Source: Oculina patagonica (Eukaryota). From it: a DNA stretch of 64,000 nucleotides. Below, piece by piece: positions 13,801 to 25,877 of this stretch; the stretch's first letter is position 1; every line of letters begins with the position of its first letter. The DNA is taken from NCBI RefSeq assembly GCF_052425735.1, contig NC_135759.1:34906001-34970000 (forward strand), in the 5' to 3' direction. Under the pieces are notes generated by a model. The model was given only the letters and a program-made list of their open reading frames with translations, was not told the DNA's origin and searched no databases. The position numbers and the translations under genes were made by a program.

Positions 13801-16800
13801 AATATCGATAAACTTATGCTCATTCAGCATTGAAACAGGGCAAACTTGTCAGACAATGTTTCCAAATCAATTTAACAAACAAAGAAGCCTCGACTGTGCT
13901 CTGTTCTGTTGTAAAGCATGCAGGAAGCTAGAGCACGAAAGAAGTGTAGGGTGAAACGCGAACCGTAGGCGAGTGTTTCTCCCTACTTCTTGAGTGCTCT
14001 AGTCGCTTCCTAAGTGTTTTACAACAGAACAGAGCACAGTCGAGGCTTCTTTATTTGTTTTATAATTAAGAAATTCATTAATTTCCCTACGAATTCGCGC
14101 AATTATTTTCAAAACAAACTTTTTTCAAGCGAATAGAAGTGGCGTCAGCGTACATCTGTACTCTGATAAAGTACGCAACAATTAGCCAATCACAAAACTT
14201 GTTAGAATGGTTAAGAGAATTTGATTGGTTGAATAAGACAACAGCTGTCAACAGCTGTCAAACCATCAAGTTTGAAACCATCAAAGTTCAGAAATCCACA
14301 AGCTGAAAACGTCAAGTGGAATCCAAATTTTAACACCTGTCCTTGAAGTTCTTAGGACTTTTAGTACAACACAGGATAGAAAAGTAGACTGTTCAGTGAA
14401 AACCGGCTGAATTCTGGACCATGAAAACTTGCATTTTGTTAACTTGACAACTAGAAAAACGAACTGCTCAAAGCTTGTGGCTGGTACTTCACAAAATGCG
14501 GCCGTGCGGCGTGTTTCGCGAATCATTTACAACCATCGGATTCAAGGAAAAAATTAGAGTCAGCTGCTGTGATTGCTGTGGCCTTCCAGTCATTGCACTG
14601 TTAAGGATATAGGAACAGGATTGTCTTCCTGAATTGCATTGGAGGTTTTTAATTTCTGGAAGTCTGCTTCTGGAATGAAAGGTAAACTTGTGTTCGATGT
14701 TTTCTTTGTTTCCGCGCTTGTTCCATGTTATTCTAACTTTGCAGCAGCTTGTTTGAAGCTTGAAATTCAACCCCTTTTGCAATAAAAATTCCTCGGTTTA
14801 GGGGTGAATTGTTTAGGTGTCTCTCGATAGCATTGCGAAATCCAAGAAGCGATGACCTCGAGTAAAGTTCACCATCTTTTGTTCGAGCTTCGGCGTAGAA
14901 TTTACCGAGGTTGTTGTCTAGCTTCTTTGTTGGTCATTTTGTGAAAGCTTTTGGCAATTTTTTTTTTTCACGGCACCAAGCTGTTTTGAAAACGCCAGAA
15001 AAAAGTATTCAGTCTGTGATAAGTCTGAGTTGTGTATGTATTCGCTAGTTAATTTAGTTTTCTGTTTTTTACATTGCTGTTTGTTTGTTTTGTTTTTTAC
15101 ACGAAAATGTAGCTGTGCGTGTTTTATCTAAAATTCCGTAAGCTTACTTAAATAATGTGAAACTCACATTCAAAACTCAGATAGCCCATTTTGTACTATC
15201 TTTCGTGTTTTTCGTTTCTGCTTTCGTTATAATGTCTTCCAGTTTGGCCTTGAGTTGTTTACAAATCTTTGGTTGGTTGTTTGTTGTTGTTAAGCTTACT
15301 TTCCGGCTCGGTATTTTTTTCCGTAACTTTCTGTAATTTCACTTTCTATCGCAATTTGTGCTGTTAGGAACAGGACGTTTTAAATTAACTGACGCTAAAA
15401 GCTCGTTTTCATTCTCGTTTTTCAGGTCAAAGAAGATGTCAGGGTCAAAACAAAACCCGAGAGAGACTTTCGGGAATAGTGGTCGGCCATATTGGGTCAA
15501 TGGCGTGAAATTTCCTCCATACATCTGGACTCTGATAAAGTACACTGTTTCAGCCAATCAGAGCGCGCGTTATATGAAAACTTAATTATAAATCTTCACA
15601 AGTCATTTGAGGATAACATGTTATCCCCATGTGTGAAGATAGTATTTCACTGATGTTTATATAATAAAAAGTTATATCTACCTTGCAATCAGAGACCTGT
15701 ACCTCTTGTTGAACTGCATCATCAGAAAACCTGAAATCACAGATATTAAAAATTAATTACTACTAATTCTTATTGTTGGATTTTTTCATGGTAGAAAAAA
15801 AAAATCCAAACACTCTGAAGCTAGTTGTATTGAGACTCCTCTTTCCCTGGTTGTCAAAATAATGAAATCCTGAGTCACTATTCAGGTACAGTGGAACCCT
15901 GATATAACGATATGCCAAGGGGGCAGGTCGAGGAATCGTTATATCGGGGTTCAGTCCCATACAGTTTACTATTGCCGGGACATAACATATTCATCGTTAT
16001 ATCAGGAATATCGTTATATCAGGATTCCACTGTACATGTGCCATAATCCTGCAGGAATCATCAGTGTGCTTGCAAAATTATACTGTCCAGGCATCTTGTT
16101 TCCCATGTATTGGTGTCCATTGTGAGGCAAGATCAAGTGAAGTGGTCCCTTACCATAGAGTATAAATTATAATAAAAAAATTTAAATCATTGGCGCTAAA
16201 AGTGGTTGCAGTTCGCTACAAAAGGGGTTTGCTTATAACCCAGGGGAGGTACTCAGGCTTGTAAATGACGGAGATGATCGAATGGAGGCAAAACTTAGGA
16301 CCCAAAAAAATCCCTAAGTCTTCTGACATAACCCCAAAAAATCCCTGGACCAAAAATAGCCCCCCAAAAAATCCCTTGTCAAATTACCCCTAAATTGCCA
16401 GGAGGGGCAAAAATATAACACAAAGAAAACCATAAAAAATTGAGCGCTCGTGTTTGTTTATTCATCATACCATAAATACGACAAGGTCGCGCCAAGGCAC
16501 TTAAGTTCATTTTTAATACCCCAAAAAATCCCCTATTTAAATCAAGTCACCCAAAATTATACTTGCCAAACCCAAAAAAAATCCTTCGATCATCCCCGTC
16601 ATTTACAAGCTGGAGTACCCCCCCTGGGGCTTAAAACAGGTTGTGACTATAGTGTTTTTGGTATTTTGGAAAAGTGGTCACTTACATGAGGTGGCCACTT
16701 ATAAGAGATGGTCATACACGGAGGTTCAACTGTGAAACAAAATGGAGTGTTCTCTAAAAGCCTCTTTACATGACCCCAGGTTGGTACTAGCCTGGGTCGG

Positions 16801-17936
16801 CGTGCCACAAAGTGTGGAAAAAAATAATGTTTACATGAACCTGAGTTGCCTGGTCGTATCCAAGTTAAGTTTACCATGATGTTGATCAAGGTCAGCTTTG
16901 TTGTCACCAAAAAGTAAAAAATGGGTGACCATACCATAACAAAGCCTAGTCTCACTAAATAACGGTGGCTTTAAAAAAAAAAAAAAAAACATGGCTATTA
17001 GTATCAAACTGCCAACCCGGGTTGGCTATTGATTGAGTCTATGTATGGAAGTTGTCAACCCTTCTAGCCAGGTCAACCCGAGTCAAGATAAGGGTTACCC
17101 AGCAAGAAGGGTTGACCAGTTGGAAGGTTATTTTTCAGTTCATGTAAACACTTACAGAAGATCAACTGGAAAAGGTAACCTCTTGCAATGATTCAACCCA
17201 GGTTGACATTACCAACCCGGGATCGTGTAAGGAGGCCCTAAGTGGTCCACAGTACCTTCCAACATAGGGCAGAAGCCATTTATACCAGTATGCTTAAATC
17301 TCACCTCAAGCCAATCATTTTGCTTGCTCTTGCCATAGTGTTCTTGGCATTTCGAATAAGGCCATGCTTAGCAGGAAGACCAACAGACTAATGGCAAAAA
17401 AATAATAATTATTATTTTCATTATGTTTTAGTTAAAAAGCATGAGCCAATTACATACTCACTAAATAATGTGATAAATAAATTAGATTAATGATTGTCCT
17501 TAGCTTAGGTAAGTAGGTAGTGTTTTAGTTCTACAGAGCTTTCTTCCCAATGTAACCAGATGTAACTTACTTGCATATAATAACAAACCAGAAACGCGCA
17601 AGGCTTTGAAAAATAGCTTTTTAAACACCACACTGAGGATAAACATGACCTTTCTACAGTAATTCAAAAACCACACTGACTGCAGCACGTAATTTAGACT
17701 AATCAGCCAACCTTATCTTTTCCAGAGCACGCTACAAGCGCCGGAGTGACTCTATCTCCTGCGTCATTAGCGATGATTTCCGTCCTTCCATCCTTAAATA
17801 AAGAGCAAAATGTATAATGCCATGTTCGTTGAAAAAGAAAAGCAGTAAGGTTTTTTCAAAACAACTGATTTTCTACCTTGTAGATGGCCAAAGAAGCACT
17901 AGTATATCCAAGGTGAACACCAACTGCAGCCGCCAT
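4890..17936 (-). CDS. HSPA14: Heat shock 70 kDa protein 14 (Hsp70L1, ribosome-associated complex subunit); 17 coding exons, 509 aa
   Basis: Exons (minus strand): 17936-17877, 17792-17712, 17387-17305, 15730-15682, 13143-13038, 12394-12304, 11799-11726, 11238-11208, 9721-9560, 9437-9282, 8894-8792, 8220-8092, 7983-7903, 7584-7486, 6445-6371, 5859-5789, 4968-4890. All are GT-AG and phase-consistent, total 1530 nt. Peptide [37 protein letters not shown]...[12 protein letters not shown]...[11 protein letters not shown]...[13 protein letters not shown] matches HSPA14. AATAAA at 4866-4861. Confidence 0.96.
7000..7397. mobile_element. MITE with about 36-bp TIRs in HSPA14 intron 14
   Basis: GGCCATCCCAATAAAATGTTTCGTTTCCCATCGCCC at the left end; its near reverse complement ends at 7397. 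Confidence 0.85.
7720..7850. repeat. Degenerate 11-12-bp tandem repeat (CCGACAGTTGG-like)
   Basis: Repeated GGCCGACA/CCAACAG units within HSPA14 intron 13. Confidence 0.7.
8960..9250. repeat. (GAT/GAC/AAT)n trinucleotide microsatellite with degenerate flanks
   Basis: Pure GAT/GAC run at about 9185-9226, grading into a degenerate ATGACA-type repeat; lies in HSPA14 intron 10. Confidence 0.85.
9895..10916. mobile_element. Long-TIR non-autonomous DNA element carrying a nested TA-flanked MITE (10082-10528)
   Basis: Outer TIRs GCCGTTCCGAGGTTG...GGGGCGAGTTTCAAATTT and their reverse complement extend well over 100 bp. Inner element CCGTATTTATTCGATTAAGCGCC...GGCGCTTAATCGAATAAATACGG is flanked by TA (Tc1/mariner-pogo-type). 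Confidence 0.85.
12439..12715 (+). mobile_element. tRNA-derived SINE
   Basis: A-box-like TGGCCGAGTAG and B-box-like GTTCAAGACC head followed by a non-tRNA body; no complete cloverleaf. Confidence 0.6.
13191..13368. mobile_element. TA-flanked Tc1/mariner-type MITE
   Basis: TA|CAGTTGAGTCCCGATAAC...GTTATCAGGATTCAACTG|TA; related copy at about 48541-48715. Confidence 0.75.
13615..13648 (+). ncRNA. Degenerate minimal hammerhead-ribozyme motif (probably inactive)
   Basis: GCT-CTGACAA-AGGACTAATGCTA-GAAA-CA-TC-AGC follows the CUGANGA...GAAA-CG-UC layout but has mutations in the core and stems. Confidence 0.5.
13870..15592 (-). mobile_element. Decayed, internally deleted Crypton-type (tyrosine recombinase / DUF3504-like) transposon in HSPA14 intron 4
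   Basis: Minus-strand peptides [27 protein letters not shown] and [60 protein letters not shown]. Stops and frameshifts present; catalytic region not found. Terminal palindrome of about 190 bp at 13873-14062. Confidence 0.75.
15889..16032. mobile_element. TA-flanked MITE (CAGTGGAACCC...TTCCACTG family)
   Basis: TIRs with internal GATATAACG repeats; a longer relative lies at 46919-47419. Confidence 0.75.
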
Positions 17937-17990
17937 GTTGATTTTCGAAAATTGAGGAAAGCTGGAAACTACTCCGTTCAAGCCCCTCGC

Positions 17991-18357
17991 CATTCTCGTC
18001 CTCCTAGCCCTTTCGTTTCTCTTAGCCGGCTTGGCACTAGCCTCCCACGCAGTCGCCCCTAAGAACGACTGCGTGGGAGGCTAGCTTGGCACGAGAAAAC
18101 GGAGGGCTCTGGGGACATAGGATTTTTGAATTAATTCGAATTTTTTTGATTGGCTGTTTGGAACAAAGAATTCCTAAACGGAAGTCCAAAACGTAACGAC
18201 TTTCTCATACATTCTTTTGAAACGTCATGACTGCATACATGAAGACCGGAAGTCCTAGAATCTAGGTTTGGAAATCCTTTGCCCCCAGAGCCCTTTGTTT
18301 CCTCGTGCCAAGGCCCAGCCGGCTAAGAGAAACGAAAGGGCTATGGGGACGAGAATG
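17991..18357. mobile_element. MITE with 9-bp TSD immediately upstream of the HSPA14 start, containing a 46-bp nested mini-element (18038-18083)
   Basis: TIR CATTCTCGTCC...GGACGAGAATG with TSD GCCCCTCGC (17982-17990 and 18358-18366). Nested TAGCCTCCCACGCAGTCG...CGACTGCGTGGGAGGCTA with TSD GCTTGGCAC. Confidence 0.9.
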
Positions 18358-19707
18358 GCCCCTCGCGAACCAATCTCGTTCCCAGCGCCAACGGGCTCCT
18401 CGGTCAGCGACCACACACCGTTTTGTTTCCAGCATTTCCAGGTAGATGGGCCTATAAGTCCTATAACCAGGGGGGCTTGTAGAATTTTATGGTATTCATA
18501 ATGTTGGGAGTGTAGGACAACTGTGCTAGGATTAGCAGTCCCATGCTGATTTGATTAACTTCATTGAAACATACATACACACACACTGCATATGTCAACA
18601 AGGCTAATCCAAGCAACACGTGGGAAGTGGCCTAAGTGGCTTCATGACTCCCACAAGTCTCCTGCAGCTGTACGTATCTCATTGGAGAATGTCGGACTGC
18701 TAGGTAGAAGGTAAAAGAGGGTACCCAACAGGGTTCTCTAATCCCACCATCCCAACCAAAATACTCCCTCATTCCCATAATCCTGACGGCTGCCACTCCA
18801 CGGGTAATAGGCTGTGCGCATGCGTACAGGTCTTGGCCAGGCTGTGGAGATGTGCCGTGTGACCATTGCATTCAGTGGTTTATTTTTGGTTTTAATGGGC
18901 TTATCCTGATCCCAACCATATTTTTTTAAGTCCCTTACCACAAAGATAAAAGGCCCTTTCATCAGGTGCAAACTTCAGGTTCATTTTCTGACTTTCTTGA
19001 AGTTGAAAACTTAATTTTCTTTCCCTGATATTAGTTCTTTGAAGTGTCGTTTCCCAATTTCCACCTAGTAAAATCGCCAATCCTGTGTCCCGTTAATAAC
19101 TGCAATCCCAAAATCTCAGGCTTCCTTTTTCCTCCAAATTCCGGATCCCGCCCTTTAACTAAGCAAAATTCCAGATCCTGAAAAACCTATTAGGGACCCT
19201 CATCAAAAGTTCAACTCATGTTAGAATTATAGTTACTCAAAATTTCCCTCCAACTAGTGATCATTTCTTTCCATTTATTTATTTATTTCATTTATCTTTC
19301 CATTAATCAATCAATCAATCATTACTCAAATTATCTTTATTTTTCATATCTACAGTAACTAAAATCAGCATTTTATAAAATATGATAAAGAAAACTGATT
19401 TTTAGAAAGGATTGAATGAATAAGAGAGCTGGTAAACCATGTAAAAAAGATTTTTTGAGATAAATAAATGGGGCTACCCAAATACAATAATAATTATTTT
19501 GAATAACTTATGGTCTCCAAATTTCCTGGATGCTCTCTCCTCCGCAGAGGCTCCTTTAGTGGGGGCAGTCGAAAAACACGGGGGAGGAAGGCGAAAAGTT
19601 CTCTCCAGGTTCCGCGCGCTTACTTTTCACCTCTCCCCATTTCCCAGCCCGTACGGAACACGAAAGGGGCCTCTGCGGTGGAGAGAGTCCTCGATACCAA
19701 AAGGTTA

Positions 19708-20584
19708 CTGTAAACACTCACAGATAAGCTGCACCCCTAATTTGGAACAAAACATTTTGGTTAAGGTGGCTGAATACAGTTTTTATGTGGCTCAAAGGCG
19801 CGGGCCACAATTTTTTTCTGCTTGACATCATTATTGCTCGCGCGGGCTAAAATGGCGCTAGCAACTCTAAACAGAAACGAAAAAGAGTTCCATCCGTTTT
19901 ATTGCGCCTTACCACATTTGCATACAAAAGAAAACTTCAAAATACTTTTAGATAGGTCTTGAAACCTGGGATGGAAAACAATACGACAAAAAAGGTGGAT
20001 AAACAACCGACAGAGAAGTTCTAATTCTGTCTTTCATTATTGGTCGCGACGCATGGCGTCATATTAGCGCGTGCTCGCACACGCAATTTGATTTGCTTCG
20101 GAGTAAAAGCCAGATTTTGATCCAGATCTTCTCGAAAACCTACCGTACAACCTATTATGAAACTTTCACAATTAAATTTAAGGGGTGAACCACGTCCACC
20201 ACCAAAATTTTGAAAAAATCTGTAAGACAGATTTTGAGCTATTTTAAAAATCAGCAAAATATCACATTTTCCTATTTTGAATGATAAATGAAAGCCAATT
20301 TCTTATTTCTGAAATTTTGAGGTAGGGTCATATGAGTAGATTTTGAAAAAAACCCGTTTAAACTACTAGTGCCAGTCCCCTCTTAAGCACTCAGTCGTTC
20401 ATTTAAGCTGTTTATTAGCATTTTTATTTTCCAAATATCGCATTAGATGGTTTTAGGATGTAACAAACAGTGATAAGAGAAAGACAAAACTTTTCTGGAG
20501 ATTTTGACAGGTTGGACTGATTTGCCCTCTCAAAACTGTATTAAGCCACCTTAAATGGTGCAGCTTATCTGCAAGTTTTTACAA
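19708..20584. mobile_element. Nested MITEs: TA-type outer element with a TTAA-flanked (Kolobok-like) inner element at 19765-20550
   Basis: Outer CTGTAAACACTCACAGATAAGCTGCACC / GGTGCAGCTTATCTGCAAGTTTTTACA; inner TTAA|GGTGGCTGAATACAGT...ACTGTATTAAGCCACC|TTAA. Confidence 0.75.
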
Positions 20585-21039
20585 TATTCTCTGTTTGATA
20601 TTTACTTTAACTATTTTTTTCTTTTGTAATAAATGAATTAATAATTTATCAAATAATACATTTATCCAGTTATAAATTAAATAATAAATTAATTCAAAAA
20701 TGCTATAAATAAATAACAAATCCATTAATTGTCCATGGCACTGCTTATAAATTTAGAAAAACAGAATCTTTAAAAATCCTCTTAGAAAACAGTTTGAAGT
20801 GTTTATAAAATCCCTGATTCTATAATTTATGTGTTTTTAAAATGCCAATGGAATCATTAAACTGAAGACAAGAAAAAAGTACTGTCCAGAGTCTTGACAG
20901 AGCAGAAGCTTGCTCTCTATATGTTTTCTGGAGTTGTCAAAAGGTTTCAAGAAGATGATCTTAGCGTAATGTGAAGTTGTTCAGTTACTTCCTTGTCCAA
21001 CAAGCATGGGTAACTCTAAAGATTACGTTTGAAGTCACC

Positions 21040-21500
21040 TGTTGGCCCATTAGGCCAGTGCTTACATGTACATACAGTTTTCATAGCATGGACTAGGAGT
21101 ATTTCTACTTCCCTCTGGAAGGGATGCTAGTCCATCACAGCTTACTCCCCAGCATTTCACTTGCTGGTCACCATTTACAGGGCTGTCATTAAGTTTCTAA
21201 GCATTACATTACATTACATTAAAGTTATCACTTATAGCATTTCACTCTGTATTCAAGTGTAACATAACACCAATCAACATCTTAACCGTAACATTAAGTG
21301 AACTCAGCTGTAATAGGTGTTACAGATAATGGCAGCCCTTAATGACAGCCCTGTATTTATACCACTGGGTCAAGAGAGGCATTGTGAGAGCAAAGTGTCT
21401 TCCCACGAACACAATATAATGACCCTGGCAAGGACTCGAACCCAAACCACTTGACCTGCAGTCCAGAGCACTAACCATTAGGCCCTCACATCTCCCATGA
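21040..21500 (-). mobile_element. tRNA-derived SINE split by a CAGGG-ended MITE (21178-21353)
   Basis: SINE body homologous to 60553-60806, interrupted by CAGGGCTGTCATTAAG...CTTAATGACAGCCCTG. Confidence 0.7.
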
Positions 21501-21543
21501 TGCAACAAGCATAGTGACATAGCACAGTGCCATAGACAGTATT

Positions 21544-23106
21544 TTACATCTTTGTTTCATTGTTGGTTTCATCAACATTTGTTCTATTCATTTTTCTGAT
21601 GTCCTCATTTTCTGACTCTCTTCTTAAGTAGTTTCCTAAATCTAATCCCTCTAGCATTTCATTATTAGGAATTCTACAGGTGACTGGAGGACTAATCAAG
21701 TTTAGACTTGCTTGTAATAGATAAAGAACAACAATTCCTGCAAAATGACCAACCAAGGCACTGGCTGTGGGCTGATCTGAAAGCAAAGTAAAAACAGAAA
21801 ATATGAGAATCCCATCCTCCCGATAACAAATCTACAATAAAATAAAATAAAAAAATACTTATCATTTAAAACTCTGCTGAGAAGGAAAACCAATCGCATG
21901 TAAGATGACGCTTTTGATAACTATCATCTGATTGGCTACAGCACAATTAAAATGTCTAAGGCAAATCAAAGTGCTTGCGCTTTTCAGACTCAAACAGTAA
22001 CAGTACGTGGATACTTCTTTGAGCCCTGGGGCCCGTTTCTCGAAAGTCCCGAAAAGTTTTCGCACCCGGAAAGCCATAGCAAAATCTCAAACCACAGCGG
22101 TTCCCATCATACAAAGTTCCAGGCCTAGACACTTCTTTGTTTTAAAGATACAGCTATCTAAAAATGTAATTTCTGACAAACCCCTATTGAGCAGCCAACT
22201 TCTGTTAGCAGCGACTCAACATGTCCCGAAGGTGACCACTTTATAGGGGTTAAAGCACTTACCTGGGAGTAGATATAGATCCATCAAGTGCCATATTCCC
22301 ACCCAAGAAGCCACCACTCCAAAACCAAGTATGTATACAAAGACTTGCTCCAGGACCCGGCTCGACAACGAATGTGGCGGATTCAGTTTTCTTGTTGATA
22401 TAAACTCACTCAACAAATAGCATATACTAAATACAGAGTATCCCAGAGTGATAAACGCAATCGATGCTGAAAGCTTGTCGTTTGGATGTTTCATTATCGT
22501 CACAATAAGAAGCCAAGTTCCTCGCCAATAGCTAATCACTGCAGCTCCGATTATGAACACCGTAACAAAACTATTTAACATTCGTGCAGAGATTTTAGCA
22601 CAGGCAGAAATCTTGTTCCTCAAACAAAGTTTTACCTGAAGAATTTTCTTCGATGGATCAATGTGTCTCTCGCAGATGCAATATCCTGGAATGGCGATGA
22701 GAGAGTATGTAGTTTTCAAAGATAAAACGATTAAGAATCCAACAGCATGTGAAACACAGGCACTTGTTAGACTAGTAGTTGTGTAAAGATCTAACATCAT
22801 CCAAAATCCTCTCCAAGATGCCACGATCAGAAAAGAAAGAGGATAAAAGAGAACAAGATACAATGTTTTTCGAATTCTCGCTTTCCTTTCATTTAAGAAT
22901 TCTTTTAAATAATCCTCCACCAACATGATCAAGAATATAGCTCCAAAACTCGCTGTGAACGTCATCGAGGCACTGAGAACTTCATCGTCTGGAAACACGA
23001 ACAAGTCTAAAATGTACCACGTTCCACGCCAATAATTCACGACTGCTGGTGTGATAAGACATAAAATGAATATCAAGTTGAGAAACGATAGCAACACGAA
23101 ATACAT
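21544..23106 (-). CDS. Fuseless-family multi-pass membrane protein, paralogue A (2 exons, about 358 aa)
   Basis: Exons 23106-22263 (donor GTAAGT) and 21776-21544. Four repeats of the WRG(T/F)W / WVGIW..MD.Y motif with hydrophobic helices (TPAVVNYWRGTWYILDLFVFP), as in Drosophila Fuseless. The start ATG was chosen by alignment to the paralogue. Confidence 0.85.
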
Positions 23107-25877
23107 CTTCCTTCGCCCAGGCGGCTTTTGTTCGTGACAGAAGTTACAGAGGTCGACAGAGGTCAAGGTTGTTGGCAGAGCCCACGGTCCTTTCGGTCAG
23201 CTTCAGTGTAACATTACAAGGTAGGTACTTCATATATGGTAATTCAAAACAAAATCCTCTGCATCTTACTACAAAAAGATTACCAAGTTTTTTTTTGTTT
23301 GTGTTTTTTTTTTTTTTTTTTATAATTTTTTTTTTTTTTTTTTTTAAAAAATTTAAGGGTTTGATCCCTTTTTGCTACAAATCCCGAAGTGCAACATCTG
23401 TGATGGCCTTCATTATCTGTGACGGGTTCTGTGACGCCGGCTGAGCCTAATCCGGAAATTTACTTACTTACCTTAACATTTGTGTGTGAGCAGCTGGATG
23501 TTTGAGACGAGAGTAACTAAATAATCGATGACGGTAATGGTCCTTATGACATGTTATGACGTTGACAACGGTGATCACGAGACGTACTCGTGACGGGAAA
23601 GAGTGACATGACATGTTCGTGTCAACTGTCACGACACGCTTGACTGTCACGCCAATCTTTTACTTAGCGTTAGTGATGCAGTGATCATTCATTTTTTGTA
23701 GTTTTTCGATTGGAATATAAAAGGTTCCAGAAACTTTGCTCCTAATTTCAAAGTTCAATAAATTCGAAATTGTTTATGGAGGAAAAGATGTACTTACGAT
23801 GAAGGCAATGAAGACCGCATTACTGTCATTTCTCCTAGCTTAAAAATCGATAAAAACTTGAACTACGAATTCATTCATCGTGTCATGATTCCTGGAACTT
23901 GGTTATAGCTTGCTAGAAATTATCGAAAATTAACCTTTTCCCCATTTTAACCCAATTTGATAATCCTTGCTCAACTGCCCCGAGAGCTTCAAAACGTTCG
24001 AAACTCAGGTTTTCGTGCAGAAAACTTTAAAAAAATGGTTTACAGAAATCAAAACGAAAGTGATAAACAAAATTAAAGTAAAAACTTATGTTGAAAAGCG
24101 AGACGATCTGGGTAGGGTTTAGCCCAAGCGTTTCGCGAGAGATGTGGATAGCGTTTTTATACTGTTGTAGTTTTGGTATGGTTTGAAGAAGAAGAAAAAC
24201 AGATAAACATGATTATTCTTTTCACCCCTTTATTTACTCTCATCCTTCTCAAGCTCTATAGTGTAATGCTCCCCATGTAATTCGTCAATGAAAACGCGAT
24301 GGAATAGTATGGCCGCGCGAAGGATCTGGTAGCAATCATCATCATCATCATACTTATTTTTGGGGAAACCGGCGCAATGAAGATAACCCTATGTGAAGCT
24401 CTCAACCCGTATATATTTGTTTCAGACCACCACACCTTTGAACTCTCCGATAAGTGTGTGGGTCCTACTCAACGTAATTTACACCAAACGCTCAAGATGC
24501 GCAGATTACGGGGTCTACGTTGTTTATCTGGAACTATCATGAACATCGCTTGTATTACGTATTTGCAGTAGTCTTCCTGCAGACTTCTTGGCGCCACGTA
24601 AAAACCTCAAATTAATTAAATTAGATTTTGAGACTTTCACAGGGCTTTCGTAATTAGGTATGCAAAAACTTGCACCGGGATTTTCGGCGTGAACACCTGA
24701 ACAAGGAAACAATATCCTAGCTGTACTGCGTACCTCGAAATATGTGATGATTGTCTAGTTTTGAGAATCGCTTCGTGCAGTCTAAACCGTAACTTCATTA
24801 AATTACACAAATGTCATCGATGCTGCCGAAAACAATCAAAAAACAAAAGTTTCATGTTATCGCATTTTCAAGAAAGACTAAAAGTTTTTGCTACAAACGA
24901 ACAAAAGTGCGTGTTACGTTTGCAAAGTTAGCGTAAGGAACACCTGGGAAAGAATCCAAGTAGCCTGGAACAGTTTCTAACGAAAGAAAATATCGCTTAA
25001 ATATATACTAATTTCCCTTTGAAGCGTCAGACTTTCTAAGCAGTTTTATATTGCAATTTTCACTTAGCAAATATCGAAGATATCTAAATATTTAGTTTTG
25101 GAATGGGAAGAAATTTGTTAAATAACAAGGATGACATGAGAAGAATTTTGACACCTATATTTACGGTCATCCTTCTCAACTCTAAAGTTTGCTCCCCGAG
25201 TTTTGTAATGTTTAAATGCGAGGGAAAATGGCCGGAAGTCTGATAACGATCTTCAGTTATATCCTCGAAAATCTTCGACAAACTTCGTGAAATCTTCAAC
25301 GAAACATTCGCGAAATAAGGCCTTTGACACAACACTCGGGTAACTCTTCGGAGATCTTGGGTCCTTAAACATCCCCTGCTACCAAAATACAAGTTGCTCG
25401 AAGAGGGGACAAAGTTGCTCGAACTTATCCGAAAAGTTGAACCATGTAACAGTTGCAGATTCTTGTAAGGCAGCAATCTCCTCAATTATATTAAGACCAG
25501 AGAGTTGGTTAGGTCTTGGAGTCGAAGCCGAGATCTCCCGCACAACAGCTAGTCAGGCGCTCTACCAACTGAGCTAACCGGTCGGCGGTCAAGACGAGCG
25601 TCTCGCCCCCAGATTTTGTGCTCATGCTTTCCCTTTTTCGTTTCACACTCGACGGACTTACCGAAGCTTGGGATGTCTGTGGACAGGAAAGCAATCAGCT
25701 AATGGTCCAACTGGCAATTTTTTTCGTCATTTTATCATTTTTGTTCAGATATACAATCTAATTCGTGACTCTATCAACTGAACTCAATTGCTCAGTATTC
25801 TCAGAATTTTCACGATAGATTTCGCGGGAATATACGTACACTCGCTAAACACTCTTTAGGTTCATTAAGTTTAACAG

